Positions 13,987 to 27,924 of a stretch of 64,000 nucleotides of DNA are shown here, in pieces. The stretch comes from Octopus vulgaris (taxonomy: Eukaryota): positions 2,666,001-2,730,000 of the forward strand of contig OX597827.1 of assembly GCA_951406725.2 (NCBI GenBank). Direction: 5' to 3'. Position 1 is the stretch's first letter. Each line of letters opens with the position of its first letter. The notes beneath the pieces are model-generated. The model saw nothing but the letters and a program-made list of their open reading frames with translations, searched no databases and was not told the DNA's origin. The translations under genes and the position numbers were made by a program.

Positions 13987-16285
13987 TATTGTTGCCTGCC
14001 ATACCTCAACGTTCGGCCTGCAGTAGCAGTGTCTGTCTACCAACTCCACTCACAAAGGCTTTGGTCAGCTCCAGGCTATAGTAGTAGACAATTATCTGAG
14101 ATATCACGCAGTGGGACTGAACCCAGAAAGCACACTTTTACCACACAACCACCACAAACTTGGAGAGAGAGAGGAAGGGAAAGAGACGGGGGAACGAGAG
14201 AAACATTAAAAAGACTAATGTCAAATAAGTCAGCGTCGACTCAGCGACGCCATATATGCGGCACCAAAATGGCCGTACCTCAACGTTTCATATTCAGCCC
14301 AAATTCACTATTCTTTGTAAACAAAACGGAGGTGCTCACATCTGTAAACCTTTGATCGCAGGTTTATTCAAGTTGAACTGTCCTGAAATTAAATAATACA
14401 ACGGTGGGGTGGGAGATAAAAACATGTCCGCCACTCTATCCTCGAGGCTATTTATGACCTCAAAATCTTGAAGACTAAATCAAACGTAATATTTTTCATT
14501 TAAGTATTTTGGTAGAATTTTTAATCGGAAAAATTACTTTTGTTTGTTAAAGGTCAATAAATATAAAAAAAAACGCTGAGAAAAGTTGCCCTTTAAAATC
14601 TGAAGGAAGAATAATTTTTCCTAGAGTTGTATGTTGGAGGGTGAGGAAAAGAGAGGGAGAAAGAGAGGGAAGAGACAGACAGACAGACGAGGAAAAAGAG
14701 ACAGGGAGAGAGCGAGCGAGAGAGGGAGAAAGAGAGATAGTGGGGATGGAGGGAGAGAGAAACAGACAGACAGACAGACAGACGATAGAGACAGTGATAG
14801 CGAGAGACAGACAGACAGAAACGACCAACCGGACAGCCAGCCAGCCAGCCTGACAGTCAGCCAGACAGTCAGACAGACAGAGATAGCGTTAGAGATAGAC
14901 AGACCAAACAAGTATCAGTTGAGCAATGGAGTTGATGCAATCGACTTGACCCTCCCCTTACAGAATTGCTGGCCTTGTGCCAAAACTAGAAAGAATTATA
15001 TTTAGCGCCCTCTTTAGTTTTTTTGCATAGGCACAAATCTACAAATTTTACGGTAAGAGTTTAATCGATGAATTCGCCTCTCCCCAGTATTTTGTTGGTA
15101 TTTTAAAAAGTGAAGTCACATGGACTAGTGGTTAGGGTGTTGCACTCGCGGTCTTGTGACCGCGGTTTCGACTCCCGGACCGATTTTGCGTTGTGTTCTT
15201 GAGCAAAACTCTTCATTTCGCATTGCTCCAGTCCACTCAGCTGCACATGGGCTACCTTGTGACAGACTGGAATCCCATTCAGGAAGTAGGATGTTGTGGT
15301 CTCGGTCACTCATACACCATGGAAATCAGGTTAATTGCTCGATCTATCCTTAGACAGTAACGTCCAAAAAACTTTCTTCTTCTTCTTCTTCTTCTTCTTC
15401 TTCTTCTTCTTCTTCTTCTTCTTCACCTTCCTCTTGTCCTTCACCTTCTCCCTCTTCCTCTTCTTTTTCTCCATCTACTTCTTCTTCTTCCACTTCTTTT
15501 TCTCCTACTTATTCCTCCTCTTCTTCTTCTTCCCCTTCCTCTTCTTTCTCTCCTAATTCCTCCTCCTCTAGTTTTCCTTCTTTTTCCACTTTGTCTTCCT
15601 CTCCTTCCTCTTCCTCATCCTTTTATTTCTTCTTATTCCCCTTCCTTTTCTTTTTTCCTCTCCCTCTTCCTTCTCTTTCTTTTTCTACCTTTTCCTTTCT
15701 TTCCTCTTCTTCCTCTCCTGCATCCTTCTCTTGCATCTTCTTCGTATTCTATTCACATCTACAATGCATTATAGTCATATAGATCTGTTGCAGTACTTAC
15801 TTAAGAGGTACTTTATTTTACGAGCTCCAATGAGATGAAAAGCAAAGTTGACTTTGGCGGGATTTGAACTTAGAACGTAAAGACCCTTAAATAAATGCCG
15901 CACAAGTATTGTTACTGAGGCCGATATAATGGAATTGATCAAACCCACCTTCCCTAAAAACTTGAGTAAATGTGTCTATGATAGAAATCTCTGCAACATA
16001 TTGACAGAAACTAAGGAGTTTGGTTCCAGTTGGATATTCTATTTCCGTCTCTTGATAATACCATTATTCCAAAGTTCGTCGGTTCTGGAGTTTAGAGTTA
16101 CAAATCACATCCAAAATATCTGCCAACGAAGTGTTCTCATGGGAAGGATCTGTAGAAACAGTAAAAGGCTGAGTCAACAAAAGTCACGTTATCGGTCGAA
16201 GAACTGATTAGAAAAAAAAACATACTCAGGCGCACCTTCTGTATAAAAATTTAATAGTAAAGTAGATGCTAACTTATCTAATGTA

Positions 16286-16523
16286 TTGGGTTGTCCGGAA
16301 AGTTCGTGCCGATTTGTAGTAGCTTACCTTTCGACTTATTTTAGAACATGGTTGAGTCCATAAAATAGGATTTCACTAGACCTCCATTTAGAGTTTAAGG
16401 AAAGATGGAAACGCATTGTGCAACAAAATGTTTCATATTTGGTTGATTAAAAATGTAATGGCAAGTATTTATTGAGCTTTTTCTTTCCTTTACAAATCGG
16501 CACGAACTTTCCGGACAACCCAA
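16286..16523 (+). mobile_element. Mariner-derived MITE (internal deletion derivative)
   Basis: Perfect 33-bp TIRs TTGGGTTGTCCGGAAAGTTCGTGCCGATTTGTA, TA on both flanks, and a retained mariner transposase C-terminus FKERWKRIVQQNVSYLVD*. Confidence 0.92.
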
Positions 16524-18564
16524 TAGTAAGTCAATACATTTCAAATAATTTCTTTCTAATTTTGTTAGGGACGGGCAAATTAATTATCTCGACTCCAGTG
16601 CTCAATTGGTACTTATTTTATCGACCTCATAAGAATCAAAGGTAAATTCGACCTTGGCAGCATTTGAACTCAGCGTAAAGAGCCGGCTGAAATGCCGAAA
16701 AGTATTGAGCTAATAATTCTTCCAGCTCACCGTTTTAATATATTTCAATAATTAAGATTACACATTTAGCGATGAAGATAATCGATATCTTAAATTAATA
16801 ATTATAACCAAAAAAAAAAAAAAGCGAAATTTTAATTAATTACAATTATTTAAATATGAAAGACGATGAGCTGACAATGGTTATCGTGTTCAACAAAATG
16901 ATTTGCGGCATTTCTTTCGGTTTTACGTTCAAATTTCGCCGTGGTCGTCTTTGCCTTTCATTCTTTTGAGGTCGTTGAAATAAGTATCAGTTGATTTCGA
17001 ATTTTGGCACAGAGCCAGCAATTCCGGAGGAGGGGATAAGTCGATTACATGGATCCCACTGCTTAACTGGTACTTATTTTATCGACTCGGAATGAAAGGT
17101 AAAATTTACCTTGGCGGAATGTGAACTCAGAACGTAAAGACGGACGAAATGCCGCTATGCACTTTGTTCGGCCTGCTAACGATTCTGCTCGCTTGCCGCC
17201 TTTGAAAATTCAAATACTGGTTTCAAATTTCAATGCAAAGCTAGCAATTTTATTAGGGTGATTGCAGTAGTTGACTGGTAATTATTTTATCAAACCGGAA
17301 AAGATAAAAAATGGTTTGCCTTAGATTTTTATTAGAACGCAAATCACTCCTATATTGTCATTGTTGTTTAGCCCCAGACATATAATTTGCATTTCACCCC
17401 TATGGGATCAATAAGATAAAGTGCTAGTCCAGTACCCGAGTTGATGGACTTGGCTAGCCTCTTGACCCCACAAAATTGCTGACCTTCTGCTTGAATTAGA
17501 AAGAATTATTAGCGGTCAATATGCAGAGCATTGAACTTTGTTTAAAAGAAGTCATCAAGATATTTGATCCGGCGCTCTACATTCTACGTTCAAATCCTAC
17601 AAAAGTCAACGTCGCCTTTTATTCTTCTGGAATTGAGGAATAAATTACCAGAATAGGATCGGGAACAGGGGGTGCTGAGGGTGCAAGCGCACCCCTTCAA
17701 ATTTTCGTGGGGCAATAAAAACGCTCTGAATACCCTACTGACAACTGGATTTGCATCCCCTAAGCAAATTTCGTCCCCGCACATATGTTCCAATTGATAT
17801 TTAGAGCGATAATTATCGTGTTATTTCTACCAGCGAATTTCTACCCTTAATTTCTACGTTAGAAATTATTATTAAACACTCAGTAAAGCTCTATTTGTCC
17901 TTATTACATGTACAACTGGATTAAAGGCGGCGGATTAACAATAAAATATCCTGTGGTATCTAGTTAGGAGTATGTTATTGCATTCACGATCAAATCCCAG
18001 TCGAGATAAACGTTGTGTTTCTCCTATCATCATCATCATCATTATTATGAACCCTTGCGCATAACTGATCCGAGTCCTACGACTCGTAGACCAGGAAGTG
18101 ATGGATAGGGTAGTGAGAATTGGGCGTGAGAAATGAGGCAATGAAAGGAGCGGAACGTGACGTGGGGCAACGAAAATGAGACAATAAAGAGGTCAAGGTG
18201 AGCAAATTAGCTGAGTTGGTGCCTGGTGCCGTTGAGCAGCCATTTACTACTCCGAGGTTGGTTGTTGGAGAAGAGAACCTCGGCAATCAGAAAGAAATCA
18301 ATAAATGCTTATTTCGACTCTCTCTTTTTCCCCACTCCTTCACCTCTCTCTTTTCCTCTACTCCACCAACTCTTTTCAACACCACCACCACCACCACCAC
18401 CATCATCATCGTCTCTCCCGTCCGCCATTTTAAAAGAGTCATGCTGAATACAGATTTGGTCGCATAAAGATTGTTAAGCTTAAGTTTTAATACTTTCATT
18501 CTCAGCTGGAATTAAGTAAACCAAGTTCGTTGTCAGAATAAAATTACACACACACACACACACA

Positions 18565-18602
<38 letters not shown>

Positions 18603-18696
18603 GCACATACGCAGGCATGTGCACATATATGTAATTAGTTTTCCAATTGTATTGATATACATATATATATATATATATACATATATAAATATATGC

Positions 18697-18814
<118 letters not shown>

Positions 18815-19028
18815 GTACGTGCGTGCATGTGTGTGTACAGATACATTTATACCTATAAATATGTGTATAGAAATGTATGTGTATGTGTATATGAATGTGT
18901 GTATGTATCCATATATATATATATATATATATATAAATATGTACACACACAACACACTCTCACACACATACGTATATACATACATAATCTCTAATATATA
19001 TATATATATATTTATATGTATATATATA

Positions 19029-19073
<45 letters not shown>

Positions 19074-19112
19074 AAATATATATGTATATATGTGTGTGTG
19101 TGTGTATCTGTG

Positions 19113-19145
<33 letters not shown>

Positions 19146-19147
19146 CT

Positions 19148-19185
<38 letters not shown>

Positions 19186-20326
19186 CATACATACGTGTGT
19201 GTGTGTGTTGCTTATTCTATAACAAAATTTCTTTAAAATACATCACATTATTTCCTTTCAGTTTTCTTCATCTCATTCCCTCATTTGTTCATTCATTTGT
19301 TCTTTCATTCTTACATTCTATCATTTTTGTTTGTTTTTTTTTTGCCTTTCCACATCTTCCTTCCTTCCTTCTTTCTTTCCAAATGTCTAATCTGCAGTTA
19401 ATTAAATTCTGAATGCATCGTTAATAGATTCTGAAATTTAACAATCATCATATTTACTGAGGATTTCTATAATTAAAGTTCATAGCCTCCCACCCCACCC
19501 TCCCCACTGCAGCGTCTTCATTATCGTTATCATTATCATTAACAGTATTGTTATCATCATCAGCATCATCAACATTATCATGATAATACTCACCATCATC
19601 GTCATCATCAATTATCATTATTCTTATTATTTTTACCATATTACCATTTTCATTGTTAATATCATTATCATCATCGTCATTGCCATCATCATCATCATCA
19701 TCATCATCATCTTTGTCCTCCTTCACATCTTCCTCCGCATTCTTCTCCTCCTCCTCCTCTTCCTCATTATTCTTGTTATCATTCTCATCATCATTCTATT
19801 AGTTAATGAGTGTATATATTGAGTCTGTGTGTGTTTTGCATGTATTTCCTATGTGTCTGCCTTTTATATATATATGTGTGTGTGTGTATGTAGGTATACA
19901 TAGGTATACATATATGTATTTATATACGTACGAGGGTGTATGTATGTATGTATATATGTATGTATGTATGTATGTGTGTATGTATGTATGTATGTATGTA
20001 TGTGTGTGTGTGTGCGCGTGTGTATGTATGTATGTGTGTGTGTGCACGTGTGTATGTGTGCGTATTTCAGGTTCTCTGTCCTTGTCTCTTCGTCCATGTT
20101 AGTCGTCCGTTAAACAGGTCTGCTAAGCTACAAGTATCACCATAGCAACACAGCTGTGAAAGTGTTGTGTCAATATGGTTCTAAACAGACCACAGTAAAT
20201 ATAGGAACTGTGAAAACAGTTATTGTTGTTGTTGGTGGTGTTGGTGGTGTTGGTGGGGAGTGTTAGTACCCTTTTAATGACAACTACCGACCTATGTGTG
20301 TGCGTATGTTCACACACACACACAAT

Positions 20327-20378
<52 letters not shown>

Positions 20379-20399
20379 GTACGTATATATATATGTATA

Positions 20400-20602
<203 letters not shown>

Positions 20603-21699
20603 GCACACACACAAACAAACAAACAAGCAAACAAACTCACACACGTATTTATATATCTTCTGATTTTAATCTAGAGTTAATTTTGACAGGTCACCTGCTT
20701 AGTAGCAAGACTTTGAAGGAAAACAACTGGTTCACTTCATAATCCTTCAACCCTAATACCAGCTAAATAATGACTAAGTTATTTTCCAAATTTTTCATTA
20801 GTTTCGAAATTAATTGAAATATAAGCAATACCCCTCAACAGAATTTTGGTAATAAGTGTCAAATTTTAAGAAGAGCTTGTAGATCTTTATTGTCCCAGAT
20901 ATCATGATCATCTGTAGTGTAAGGATTAAAGAGTTACATTCTCCCCTCAAGAACTCAAATTCAACCGTATTTTGTTCAAGACAGGCTGGTGCGTTTACTG
21001 TTAGTCCATATGTGACTAAATCAGTAACCCTAACAAACTTGCTTGGTAAGGCGGATGGTTTTCGTTAAACGTTCTGCAGGATAAAAAAGAAAACCCATCA
21101 AGGGACGAAAGAACTTGGTAATAGAGTCAATAACCATCCAACAGATGGGAGTGAGAGACGCATAGTCTTTGTTTCAATATCTGTCTGAGACTGATTACCA
21201 AAGTGGGTCGTGCCACCTCTCTGAGGGTAGTGGAAAGATCCAGGGAACGTTGAAGAAATGTAGAGTGATAATGGGGTGGCCAAAAGGAGGTGATGGCTGA
21301 CAATGCTCACGCCTCTATTTTTCAATGGTACACTCAAATTGAGAAAATAGTGTTTAAAAATCGATTTGAAAAACGTTGTTTTAATAAAAATAACTTCAAG
21401 TAAAACAGAATATAAAAGATAAAGAAAGATATAAAGCAAAAGTTTACTAACGAAGCTGGTCATAAAATTCTCATGAGAATTCCCTAAAAAAGACGAAAGT
21501 ACATGACACTAACAATAATAACAAGAACAACAGCTACAACAAAATGAAAAGAGATCATTATAATAATAATGGACTCTCCCGTCGAAGATGATGAATGAGC
21601 GTTCAGCGTTTTGCCGAATGATCTGCGCAAATGATTTGTTTATAGGGATCGAATGGTTGTGCCGCACATTAGCTCACTGTCTCCATCAAATCGACAAAA

Positions 21700-23070
21700 T
21701 CCTTTCGTTATTCGCGTCCGAGGGTTTATATAAAAGACTGAGGACGGCCCATGACAACGCAACACAAATAGGGTGGGGCTGAAGCATATAAAAAAAAAAC
21801 AGAATAACAATAAAAACTATAAGTTAAATTTCCCAAAGAGAAAGACTTCCAAGGGCTGCTTGTGAAAACTCCCCCAAAACCCCGATCGCCCTGACCTTTC
21901 GGGCAAGTGCCCTCTCCACTTCATCTACTCTCGACCTAGAGGCGCATGCATAGATTACGCCCCTCCACTCGAGCTTTTCACTCTACATTCACCCACCTTT
22001 TACCAAAATTCCTGAGAGGCAGCATTTCCCTCTCTACACACACTTTCCTTTTCAAGTAAAACATGAAAAAGTTGATGAGGACTTGAACAAAAAGGAAAGT
22101 GTTTGTATTCATCTCTTTCAACCTGGTCTACCACACAATCTTTTTTGCTAAGGCCACCAGACAAAGAAACACTACCTGCCCTTCCCGACCAAAGGAAGTC
22201 GTCAGGGTAATCTTCACGATGCACTCAGTTGATATCCGGATCCATTCTACACGCAATAGCAGGTGTTCAATATATACACCCAGCAGTCAGAAATGCTCAG
22301 GCACTGAGCAAAAACGTGAAGAACAGTTTCTTCGCTCTGCGCATGCCTCGAACAAGCCCGGCTGACCTCACTTCCATGCTTGTAGAGTTTATCCCTAATC
22401 AGCAATCACCCTCCCCGGTAGCACTGCCAGGCCAGGTATTTCTAGAAGTTACCTATGAATCCCGGTCCGAAAGTTCTCTGGAACAAACTAGCCAACTCAT
22501 TCTCATCGACACCCATAATTTCCTCAAGAACCTCCTCGCACTTGTCCTCCTCTGAGCCTCTATAGAACGCCTGAGTGTAGCCGGCCAGTTTGAAAGTGAA
22601 CAACTTATATTATCTTTATCTACTGGCCTACAGAATACCTTATCTAGATACAACCTGGATGACCCGATGCAATTCGTCCACGTCCACATTGGCGAAATCC
22701 AGTCGGCACCTTTCAAAGAGTTGGAAATGTCTGAGCAAGTTTGCGTGGCTTTTACCACCTTCTCTTCTATCTGCTATCCCCATACAATCCAAACGTGGTT
22801 CTAAGACGGGGTTCCAATCGCCTACTAGCACTAAACGCTGGGATATTTCGAGGACAGTTTCCAGACATCTGAAGAAATCCAGCTATACTGCTCTTGTCGG
22901 AGTATAGACAGCCACCAGTCTGAAGGAACCCTTGCATTGCTGTTCACATCCAGGACCACCAACTTACCTTCTGGGTCGAGGAAGATAATTTTCATCAGAT
23001 CTCTCCAGAATAACACCGCGGCTTTACCTCCTATTACCGGTTGACATGGAGATAAATATATCTCTGAGGT
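21700..23070 (-). mobile_element. L1/Tx1-type LINE, decayed, RT domain deleted (APE endonuclease joined to the C-terminal zinc-knuckle region and 3' UTR)
   Basis: EN motifs DPEGKLVVLDV, FRLVAVYTP, LVLVGDWNPVL, WTWTN, SRLYLDKVF; then TQAFYRG...LAWQCYRG...CSRHAQSEETVLHVFAQC...ALAKKIVW*TR...KRWVNV. Multiple stops and frameshifts. Confidence 0.85.
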
Positions 23071-23459
23071 CGTTGAGTAGATGGCCTTGTTGCCCAGGCG
23101 ACCCCTGGCCACGTGCATTTATACTGCCAACTCTGAGCAAGGCCATGTTAGATTAAAGTACAGAAGTGGAAAAAGCAAATTTTTTTGGCGAGGAGGAGAT
23201 GGATGTTCCGTCCTTATAGGTATATGTGGATGTTTCCACGAGCTGGGTTTTTTTTTTTGATATTCTTTTATTTATGTCTCTCTGGAAGCCCCTACTCCTT
23301 CAGGATCTTTTCTTTTGATGTTGTAAGTGTTTTGTGATGTTTGTATGACTAATGTGTGTCGATGCGTTGTTTCTTGGTGTGATAAAGACCGTGTGTGCGA
23401 TGTCTGTATGGTTATATATGTCATCCATTAGTTTTGTACTGTTTGTTTATTGCGGTGTA

Positions 23460-24240
23460 GTTCAAAATGTTTGACTTTTGTTGGTGTTGAGATGTGCGAT
23501 CTGGAAGTTGTGCAAATTGGGCTGTGCTTGTGATGGTGGGGGGTCTGTGGTAGTGGTAGTGAGGATGATGGTAGTGATGGGGATGATGCTGTTGTTGATA
23601 GTGCTGGTGTGGATGATGTTGGGAGAAGTATTAGAGAATTTGTCTTTGGTGGTATCTCCCCACCACCTCTGGTGATACCTGCCGTTTGTGTGTGTGTGTG
23701 TGTGTGTTGATGTCGGTATTACTCTGGTTCTTTTTCTTTTGTTTGATTTACCGACCTTTTCCCACTTTGGCCCTTCGTACTCCACCACGCTGCAGTACAT
23801 GTCTGATTGCTCCGAACACAGGAGGGACAATCTTGCGGAGCTTTTTGCGGTTTTCTGTTGATAAAGTTGTTGTTTGGGGGGGATTCTGATGCTGTTGTTT
23901 TTACTGCTGTAGATGTTGGTGAGTTCTCTTTTGTGTTTGTTACTGTTGCTTCCACTGTTGTTGTCATTGTTGTTGTTGTTGTTGTTGTTGCTGCTGCTAC
24001 TTCTGTCGGTGCTGCTGTGATTGCAGTTGGTGCTACTGTTGGTTACTGTTGTTTTTGCAGCTGTAGTAGCTCGTTTTATATGTTTCTTTTTTGCTGTCCT
24101 TTTAGTTAATGATGATGGCGGTGCTGCAGTCTACAGACTTTTGGAACGCACCTTGTAAATATATATTCCAGATTGTCAGAATAAAGGACATTTCATGGTG
24201 TGTTTGGTGTTAAGAAAATAAAAGTCACTGCAGAGAATCG
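23460..24240 (-). mobile_element. Possible decayed ORF1-like region upstream of the Tx1-type LINE
   Basis: T/S/P-rich low-complexity coding-like sequence with a WEKVGKSNKRKRTR basic motif, on the same strand and immediately upstream of the EN; no clear zinc knuckle. Confidence 0.35.
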
Positions 24241-24274
24241 CAAAAAATAGTCAATCCCACTGTGAAGAACATAG

Positions 24275-24347
24275 GAAAAGTGTCTTCTACTGTAGCCTCA
24301 GGCCGACTTGTGAGTGAATTTGGTAGACGGAAACTGAAAGAAGCCCG

Positions 24348-24387
<40 letters not shown>

Positions 24388-24620
24388 TGTGTGTGTGTGT
24401 GTGTGTGTGTACGTTTGTGTTTGTCTCCTACCACCGCTTTGCCAACCAGTGTTGGTGTGTTTACGTCCCCGTAACTTAGCTGTTCGGCAAGAGACCGATA
24501 GAGGAAGTGCTATGGTTAAATAACAAATACTGGGGTAGATTTATTCGACTAAAAAAAAACTTCTTCAAGGCGATGCCCCAACATGGCCGCAGTTTAATGA
24601 CTGAAACAAGTAAAAGATAA
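24275..24620 (+). mobile_element. Family B SINE, 5'-truncated
   Basis: AAGTGTCTTCTACTGTAGCC...GTAGACGGAAACTGAAAGAAGCCCG...(TA)n(GT)n...ATGACTGAAACAAGTAAAAGA. Confidence 0.85.
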
Positions 24621-24959
24621 CAACAAAAAAAATCAGAAAAATTGTCTACATCAGATGGTTCTCTATTTCAAGAACCATTTCCAACTTTTGTGATGCCCAT
24701 TCCAGTTAATTAAATGGCATACGACTGCCAAAATTCTCAGCGATAGACCTACGGAAGATTGAGACACCGATCCAATATCATTTTCATTTAAGCATTTTCC
24801 TACTCGCTTATATATTGTCAATAGAAAAAAAACAACAAACATCTTCAGGTCTTAACCATCTCAGTCACGAGAAGCTCAGATTTATTGCGTTTATTGGAGT
24901 CATCAGTTATTTGTACAGAATTGCTAATGTATGAAAATTTACGTCAGGTTCTAGTGGGG

Positions 24960-25405
24960 ACGATGGTTAATGTGCAACAGTCTAATACATGTATGATTGT
25001 ATGTGATGATTAATGTGCGACAGTCGACGACATGTGAAATTGCAGCGGATAGTTGAGGTGCAACAGTCTACTACACGTGAAATTGCATGTGATGATTAAT
25101 GTGCGACAGTCTGCTACATGGGAAATTGTATCTGATTGTTAATGTACAATAGTCTACAAACCACATGTGAAATTGTATGTGATGATTAATGTACAAACTA
25201 CATGTGAAATTGCAGGTGATGGTTAATGTAAAATAGCTTACGTACCACATTTGAAATTGAATATTTGATGATTAATGTACTACATGTGAAACTGTATATG
25301 ATGGTTAATGTATAGAGGTCCACGTACCACATGTGAAATTATATGTGATGATTTATGTACTATAGTGTACGTACCAAATGTGAAATTTCATGCGATGGTT
25401 AATGC
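24960..25405 (+). repeat. Degenerate minisatellite, ~10 units of roughly 35-47 bp built on CATGTGAAATTG(T/C)ATGTGATG(A/G)TTAATGT
   Basis: Direct reading of the recurring CATGTGAAA and GATGxTTAATGT anchors. Confidence 0.85.
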
Positions 25406-26464
25406 ACAACAGAAGATGGGACTGTAATTTGAAAGAGATTTGGCTGCTGTTTCTAGTAGATCAAACGCCTGCATAGAAATGTTATTAGTTCGTGTTGTTT
25501 TTGTCGTTGGTTATTGTAACGATGGTAACTGTGGTGGTGTCATGGCAGGGATGTAGGTGGTGGTGGTGGTGAGTATCGTAGTGGTGGCTATGGTTGCAGT
25601 TCTTGTAGTGGCTGTGGTTGCAACTTTGTGCAGTGACGGTGATAATAATGATGATAATGGTGGTAGTGGTGGTGGTGGTAGTAGTGGTGGTGGCGGCGGC
25701 ATTGGCAGTGGTGGTGATGGGGGCAATGGTAGAGGTTATGGTGGTAGTGCTAATAGTAGTAGTGGTAATTGAAGCATTCTGGTGGTAGTTGTAGTTGAGT
25801 TGATGGTGGCGATAGTGATGCTGATGCTGGTGCTGGTGGTGGTGCTGGTGCTGGTGCTGGTGGTGGTGGTCATGGTGGTCATGGTGATGATATTTGTTGT
25901 CCAAGGTGGTAGTGATAGAGATAGTGGTGGCGGCGATGGTGGTGGTGGTGGTTGTGATGATGATGATGATGATATTGTTATTAGTGGTGGTGGTGGTGGT
26001 GGTGGTGTTGGTGATGATGAATTTGATGATTGTGGTGGTGGCGGAGGCGACGACTGTGGGCTGAATGTTGTAGTGTAAAAGCAGAGTGGAAGGAATGCAA
26101 GAAGAGAAACCATAGCAAAGAAGTGAATTGATAATGGACTGCAAAGAAGAAGAAGACCTTGGAATGGCGGAGCAACTGTCTCAGCTTGTTTGGGTAATAT
26201 TTCAACAACTAAGAATGATAATAAATGGAAGAAATACGAAAAAGACAAAGAAAAAAAAAGACAGGAAAACGAAACGAAACAAAATAGGTGAGTGAACAGG
26301 GAAGGAGGAGGAGGAAAGAAGGGGAGGATAGAGGAGTATTGGGGGGAAGGTGAGAGTGTGAGGGACTTTATGTTCCTTTTATAGAAAGGAGAGGAAGTCA
26401 TTGAAAATAGTGAGTGTAATAAGCAGAAATATGAAGATTGTTGAACTAGAGTCAGTTCATGTGT

Positions 26465-26525
<61 letters not shown>

Positions 26526-27027
26526 TGTGTGTGTAGGTCTGTGTGAGCATAGGTGTGTGGGTGTATATATGTGTATGTGCGTATGTGCGTATGTGAGTGT
26601 GTGTGTTTGTGTGCGTATGTAGGTCTGTGAGTACATATGTGTATGGCTATATATATGTGTGTGTGTGTGTGCATGTGAGTATGTGGTTGTGAGGGGTATA
26701 GGTCTATATGTACATATGTGTATGGTTGTATGTATGTGGCTGTATGTGTGTATAGGTGTATGCTTTCGTATATGTGTAAGCATATATGTATGTATACATT
26801 CATGTGGATGTGTCTGTGTGTTTATATGTATGTATGTATATGTGAATAAGTCTCTGTTTCTCCGAACATGCGTATGCGTGTAATCGTATTTGCATATATG
26901 TGTGTATACATGTTTGCATATGTGTATGTGTGTGCTGATCTATCTGTCTGTATGGGTGCATCTTTTTATATGTGGTGGTCGATTATCCGTCGATCTCAAT
27001 GATGAGCGTTCAGTCGTTCGTTTAACT

Positions 27028-27371
27028 CAGTGGTTCACAACTATTTTTTTCCCATCTATGGACCCCTTTAAGTACTCTTCCGGTCTGGCGGATCTCCATA
27101 GTCATTCGATCTTTAAAAACTAGTTTTATTGATAATTCTTTCAAAATCCCTATTTAGATTTTCATATATTAACTTGTGTAGGTCGAACTAAGTAAAACGT
27201 TAAAGAAATCTCGCAGTTTCTTGCAGTAGATACATTCAAAGTAAAATTCGTTCTCATAGCCCCTTAATATGCTAATGTGAATCCACAATTTACTATTTTG
27301 CTTGCGTGAACCCCTAAAAGTCTTATATGGGACACCCTGGGATCATAATGGAACCCGGTTGAGAACCACGA
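27028..27371. mobile_element. hAT-type MITE
   Basis: CAGTGGTTCACAAC ... GTTGAGAACCACGA termini; 8-bp TSD GTTTAACT/GTTGAACT; related to 46067-46560. Confidence 0.7.
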
Positions 27372-27399
27372 GTTGAACTTAATTCTTGTTCGTGAAATA

Positions 27400-27685
27400 A
27401 CAGACATTCCGACTGTTTCGACAACGACGGTTCCAGCTGATCCGATCAACAGAATAGCCTGTTCGTGAAATTAATGTGGATGTGGCTGAGCACTACACAG
27501 ACACGCGGACCCTTAACATAGCTCTCAGGAACATGTAGCACGGGTTGCAACAATGCTAGTCCTTTGAAATACAGGTACTACTTTTATTTATTTATTTTTG
27601 GCAGCTGAGGGAACTGGAGCAATGAGAAATAAAAGGTCTTGCTCAACGACACAACGCACGGCCCTAACCACTAAGCCACGCACTT
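27400..27685 (-). mobile_element. SINE with a family E-like CORE head and the tail also used by the element at 29177-29539
   Basis: Head GTGGCTTAGTGGTTAGGG...TTGAGCAAGAC; tail ...GTTAAGGGT..GCGTGTCTGTG..GTGCTCAGCCAC...GTTGATCGGATCAGCTGGAACC. Confidence 0.7.
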
Positions 27686-27688
27686 TCT

Positions 27689-27924
27689 TATTTCTTTATT
27701 ACCCACAAGGGGCTAAACACAGAGAGGACAAACAAGGACAGACAGACAGATGGATTAGGTCGATTACATCGACCCCAGTGCGTAATTGGTACTTAATTTA
27801 TCGACCCCGAAAGGATGAAAGGCAAAGTCGACCTCGGCGGAATTTGAACTCAGAATGTAGTGGCAGACGAAATACGGCTACGCATTTCGCCCGGCGTGCT
27901 AACGTTTCTGCCAGCTCGCCGCCT
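27689..27924 (-). mobile_element. Family A SINE, full length, inserted into the A box of another SINE
   Basis: 17-bp TSD TAAGCCACGCACTTTCT (27672-27688) / TAAGCAACGCACTTTCT (27925-27941). Confidence 0.92.

Noticed and set aside
25485-26803. 219-aa and 355-aa minus-strand ORFs (Thr/His/Pro-rich)
   Set aside because: Low-complexity (ACC/ATC/AC)n sequence, not a recognisable mucin or other gene.
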